A stretch of DNA of 64,000 bases from positions 172,711 to 236,710 of the forward strand of contig JBGAKG010000005.1 of assembly GCA_044224495.1 (NCBI GenBank), in the 5' to 3' direction. This stretch comes from Polyangiaceae bacterium. Its GTDB lineage: Bacteria; Myxococcota_A; Polyangia; Polyangiales; Polyangiaceae. Made by a program: the position numbers and the translations under genes. Below the pieces are notes generated by a model. It made no database searches, was not told the DNA's origin, and worked only from the letters and a program-made list of their open reading frames with translations. Below are positions 60,538 through 64,000 of this stretch, in pieces (within the stretch, counting starts at the first letter, position 1; each line of letters starts with the position of its first letter).

Positions 60538-61841
60538 CCCCCGACCGCCGGCGAAGAGTCCGCTTCGTCTACCCCAAGTTCTCGCGCCACGCGGAGGCTC
60601 ACCCCGAGCTCCTCGACGCGGTCCCGTGCAACGAGTACTTCGGTCCACCGTCGCTCGGCATCGCCTGCCTCGCCGCGGTCACGCCGCCGGAGTGGGAGCT
60701 CGACTTCCGCGACGATCGCCTCGAAGACGTCGGCCTCGACGACGACGTCGATCTCGTTGCCATCTCGTGCTTCACCCCCTCCGCGACACGCGCGCTCGAG
60801 CTCGCAGACGCGTTCCGCGCGCGCGGACGCAAGGTCGTGATGGGTGGGATCTTCCCGACGATGGTCCCCCACGAGGCCGAGGCCCACGCCGACGCCGTCG
60901 TCCTCGGCGAGGGAGAAAGCGTGTGGCCGACCGTCCTCGCCGATGCCGCGCGCGGCAGCCTCCAGCGCCGCTACCAGGCGACGAGCGCCGTCGACCTCGC
61001 GACGCTCCCGCAACCGCGGATCGACCTCTACGTGAACAAGGAAGGCCGCTCCTTCGCGCCCGACGACTACCCGGTCCAGACGTCGCGCGGCTGCCCGCTC
61101 GCGTGCTTCGCCTGCGCCATCCCCGGCGTGATGGGGAAGAAGATGCGCTACTACCCCGTCGAGCACGTCGTCGAGCAGCTCGACCGGCTCGGGAGCTTCG
61201 GGAAGCTCGGCTCGCTCACGGAGGACACGACCTTCTTCCCGGTCGCGGCGAAGCACCTCGAGGCGATCCTCGACGCCATCCACGCGCGCGGAACCCCTGC
61301 CTCGGTCAGCTACCTCGGCGTGAGCATGCCGATGATCCTCGCGACCCCAGCGGCGCGCCTCCGGCGCATGCGCGACGCCGGCATCCGCATGTTCTACCTC
61401 GTGGGCGGGTTCGACGACGTCACCATGAACGCGTTCTCCGGGACCGACGCTCGCGCCCACGGGCGCGCAGTCGATGCGATCGCGAAGGCCCACGACCACG
61501 GCATCGAGCCCTACACGTCGTTCCTCGTCGGGAACGACGGCGACGACGAAGGCGTCTTCGATCGGATGCTCGAGTTCGCCAACGCGACCAAGATCGCGAA
61601 GGCGGAGTTCGCGATCCTCACGCCCTACCCTGGGACGCCCGTCTACGGGCGGCTCGCGAAGGAGGAGCGCATCCTCACGCGCCGCTGGTCGCTCTACAAC
61701 GACGCCAACGTCGTGTTCCGCCCGGCGAAGATGACGCCCGAGCGTCTGCTCGCGGGCTACCTCTACCTGTGGCGGGAGTTCTACCGCTCGCGCCAGGAGC
61801 TGCGCGAAGCCGGCCGCGAGGCGCGGACGATTCAGTTCTGA
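60534..61841 (+). CDS. B12-binding-domain radical SAM protein (class B)
   Basis: N-terminal B12-binding Rossmann (DLVAISCFT...VVMGGIFPT). CxxxCxxC (SRGCPLACFAC). ATG overlaps the ACAD stop (ATGA). Confidence 0.8.
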   Translation: MTPDRRRRVRFVYPKFSRHAEAHPELLDAVPCNEYFGPPSLGIACLAAVTPPEWELDFRDDRLEDVGLDDDVDLVAISCFTPSATRALELADAFRARGRKVVMGGIFPTMVPHEAEAHADAVVLGEGESVWPTVLADAARGSLQRRYQATSAVDLATLPQPRIDLYVNKEGRSFAPDDYPVQTSRGCPLACFACAIPGVMGKKMRYYPVEHVVEQLDRLGSFGKLGSLTEDTTFFPVAAKHLEAILDAIHARGTPASVSYLGVSMPMILATPAARLRRMRDAGIRMFYLVGGFDDVTMNAFSGTDARAHGRAVDAIAKAHDHGIEPYTSFLVGNDGDDEGVFDRMLEFANATKIAKAEFAILTPYPGTPVYGRLAKEERILTRRWSLYNDANVVFRPAKMTPERLLAGYLYLWREFYRSRQELREAGREARTIQF

Positions 61842-61858
61842 GCGCGCTGCGGAGCTCT

Positions 61859-62836
61859 TCAATGCGGCGGGCAACCGCAGTCCGGCGTCGTCGGGTGCAT
61901 CGGGCACGAGCTCGGGCGTCCCCACGCCCACACGACGCCCATCGTCCCGCCGAACGCCGTCGGCTCGTTCTGCCCGAGGCCTTCGACGTGGGGCGTCCAC
62001 GACGCACCGAGCGTGAGCCGCAGGCCCCGCCCGAGCGGAAACGCGGCCGACACGCCGACGGTCGAACGCGCGGTCGCGGAGCCGTCGACGGACTCGCCCT
62101 CCTGCGCGGCGGCGAGCGAAGCTTCGTAGCCGACCGTCGCCCCTACCGACACTCCGCGCCCGAGCGACCAGCCGACGGCCGCGAACGTCGCGAAGAGCGG
62201 ACCGAGCCGCGTGCTCACCCCACGGACGTCGCGCGCTCCACGGAGCGCGATCGTCCCGCTCAGGCTCACGAACACGGGGCCGAACGCCTGCTCGAGCGCG
62301 AGGCCGTTCTCCCACTGCACCACGCCCACGCCCGTGGCGTCCGTCGCGAGCGGGCGATGCGCGGCATCGGCGGCGACGCCGGTCGGCAACACCAGCGACG
62401 AGAGCACTTGGATCCGGGGCACGCCCTTCGTCGTACCAAGTTGGGACAGCGTCCAGCGAGAGCCGACACGCACGTCCCCGAGCCCGCCTCCGACGTCGCT
62501 CGCTCCGCCGGCCTGGCGAATCGTCTCGACGAGCGGGAGCGAGAGCGACAGCTCCGCGCGGCTCCACGGCGCCCAGCCGATCACCAAGCGCTGGCTCAGA
62601 TCGACCTCCCGTGAGCCCTCGGACGGAGCGCGAAAGCTCCGATCCGCGCCCCACGAGCCGGTCACCGCCGACGCCGACGCAACGAGCCCGACGAGCGCGT
62701 CCTCGTTCGGCTGGAGGCGCGTCGGGGCGAAGCCGCTCGGGCTCGCGCAGCACGCCTGGGCAGCTGCCAGACGCGGCACGAGCAGGAGCGCGAGGCCGAG
62801 GAGCGCGCTAGCGCACGTCGAGGACGATCGTCGCAT
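61859..62836 (-). CDS. secreted hypothetical protein
   Basis: Signal peptide ALLGLALLLVPRLAAAQA. Beta-rich Gly/Ser/Val composition. Cys-rich C-terminus CPMHPTTPDCGCPPH. Confidence 0.5.
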   Translation of the reverse strand: MRRSSSTCASALLGLALLLVPRLAAAQACCASPSGFAPTRLQPNEDALVGLVASASAVTGSWGADRSFRAPSEGSREVDLSQRLVIGWAPWSRAELSLSLPLVETIRQAGGASDVGGGLGDVRVGSRWTLSQLGTTKGVPRIQVLSSLVLPTGVAADAAHRPLATDATGVGVVQWENGLALEQAFGPVFVSLSGTIALRGARDVRGVSTRLGPLFATFAAVGWSLGRGVSVGATVGYEASLAAAQEGESVDGSATARSTVGVSAAFPLGRGLRLTLGASWTPHVEGLGQNEPTAFGGTMGVVWAWGRPSSCPMHPTTPDCGCPPH

Positions 62837-63260
62837 CTTCGTTCATGCTCCCGCCGAGGTGCGTGTGGAGCTCCCACGTCCCCGCCATGTAGAGGCTCAC
62901 CTCGTGCGCCACGTAGACCCCGCCGCCCATCGGTTCGACCGTCGGGTGGACCGAGGAGCCGTGGCCATGCGCCGGCATCATCGGGGTCAGCTCGATCGCC
63001 AACCCATCCATCGCGACGCCGTCGGCCCCGGTCACCGTCAGCTCGACCATGTTCACGCCGACCTGGGGCGGCTGGGGCGACGTTCGGACGGCGACCGTGC
63101 ACGCACCGCCGCTCGAGGTCACGCGCGCGTAGGTCGGCCCCGAGAACGTCGCCGCGGGGGTCGCCGCCGAGCTGCAGGCGAGCACCGCCGCCAGGGCCAT
63201 GGCGCCGAGCGGACGGAGCGGACGGAGCGGACGGAGGAAGAAGCCCAGCGAGGTAGCCAT
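62808..63260 (-). CDS. YtkA/CtaK-like periplasmic lipoprotein (putative Cu chaperone; paralog of 17828..18325)
   Basis: Lipobox AAVLACSS. Motif TPMMPAHGHGSSVHPTV. Signal n-region LRPLRPLRPL is encoded by a 9-nt tandem repeat. Confidence 0.6.
   Translation of the reverse strand: MATSLGFFLRPLRPLRPLGAMALAAVLACSSAATPAATFSGPTYARVTSSGGACTVAVRTSPQPPQVGVNMVELTVTGADGVAMDGLAIELTPMMPAHGHGSSVHPTVEPMGGGVYVAHEVSLYMAGTWELHTHLGGSMNEDATIVLDVR
63207..63236 (-). repeat. 9-nt tandem repeat (gagcggacg)x3 within the lipoprotein signal-peptide coding region
   Basis: Plus strand reads gagcggacggagcggacggagcggacggagg, translating on the minus strand to (LRP)n. Confidence 0.7.
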
Positions 63261-63343
63261 GCCCGAGACTTTGCGTCCGGGGTCGCCCGGGGGCGATGAC
63301 GTCCGTCAGGGCGGCCCCCGCCGACCGGGCCTACGGAGGAGTC

Positions 63344-64000
63344 ATGGTCCCGCTCGTCATGCTGCGCCGCCCGCCCCGACAGGCCGGGCCCGGCGCTCCG
63401 TCGCCGTCGAGCCCCTCTGCGGGCGACGGCGTACCCGTCTTCCGGCTCGGTTTCCGCCCCTTCTTCCTGGCCGCGGGGGCGTTCGCCATCGTCGTGGTCC
63501 CGCTCTGGCTCCTGGTCTGGAGCGGGCGCGTCTCCCTCCCCTCCACCGCGACCGTACCGACCAACTGGCACGCCCACGAGATGGTGTTCGGCTTCACGGG
63601 CGCCGTGATCGCCGGGTTCCTGCTCACCGCGGTCCGCAACTGGACGAATCGGCCCACCCCGAGCGGCGCTCCTCTCGCCGGGCTCGTCCTGCTCTGGGCC
63701 CTCGGCCGGATCGGGCTCCTGGTCGACGGTCTCCTCCCCCACGCCCTCGTCGCCACCGTCGACGTGGCCTTCTTTCCCGCCGTCGCCCTCGCGGTCGGGC
63801 GCCCGATCGCGAGCGCCCGAAACTGGCGGAACCTGGGCTTCGTCCCTCTCCTCCTGGCGCTCGCCGCGGCCGACGTCGTCTTCCACGTCGTCCCCACGTG
63901 GTCGCTCCGCGTCACGCGCAGCGCGCTCGACGTGGTGCTCGTGATCGTCGCCGTCGTCGGTGGGCGCGTCATCCCCTCGTTCACGGAGAGCGCGCTCGGC
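63344..64000 (+). CDS. nnrS: NnrS-family heme-copper membrane protein; 3' end lies beyond the window
   Basis: GGAGGAG RBS. FRLGFRPFFLAAGAFAIVVVPLWLLVW...NWHAHEMVFGF...AGFLLTAVRNWT matches NnrS N-terminal helices. Not in the ORF list because there is no stop before the window end. Confidence 0.7.
   Translation, partial: MVPLVMLRRPPRQAGPGAPSPSSPSAGDGVPVFRLGFRPFFLAAGAFAIVVVPLWLLVWSGRVSLPSTATVPTNWHAHEMVFGFTGAVIAGFLLTAVRNWTNRPTPSGAPLAGLVLLWALGRIGLLVDGLLPHALVATVDVAFFPAVALAVGRPIASARNWRNLGFVPLLLALAAADVVFHVVPTWSLRVTRSALDVVLVIVAVVGGRVIPSFTESALG

Overview
The window is very GC-rich (about 70%) and has strong third-position GC bias, so long spurious antisense ORFs are common. It looks like a myxobacterial (Myxococcota, Sorangiineae-like) chromosomal segment. 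Supporting signs are a MYXO-CTERM-type sorting tail, four eukaryotic-like Ser/Thr kinases, three sigma54 enhancer-binding proteins (one FHA-fused), a PEGA-domain lipoprotein, and many lipoproteins. Housekeeping genes are present: guaA, dut, panB, engB, ygiQ-family radical SAM, heme A synthase, tRNA-Gly(CCC) and tRNA-Val(CAC). Accessory content is interleaved with them. There are two paralogous pentaheme c-type cytochrome lipoproteins and two paralogous YtkA/CtaK-like Cu-chaperone lipoproteins. There is a DUF4266/DUF3570 outer-membrane operon. Next to tRNA-Val there is a very large DUF4132 protein and a direct-repeat scar. There is an SLT-like plus SprT-like/DUF2786 gene pair under palindromic operators, and a low-complexity QGYGQPQQP tandem-repeat protein. 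The best candidate for an undescribed system is a compact, translationally coupled five-gene cassette at 56082-61841. Its genes are a fatty acyl-AMP ligase, an SDR-type NAD(P) reductase/epimerase, a stand-alone acyl carrier protein, an acyl-ACP/CoA dehydrogenase and a B12-binding radical SAM enzyme. I take this to be an acyl-chain tailoring (lipid or small-metabolite) pathway. No CRISPR array, integrase or transposase was seen.
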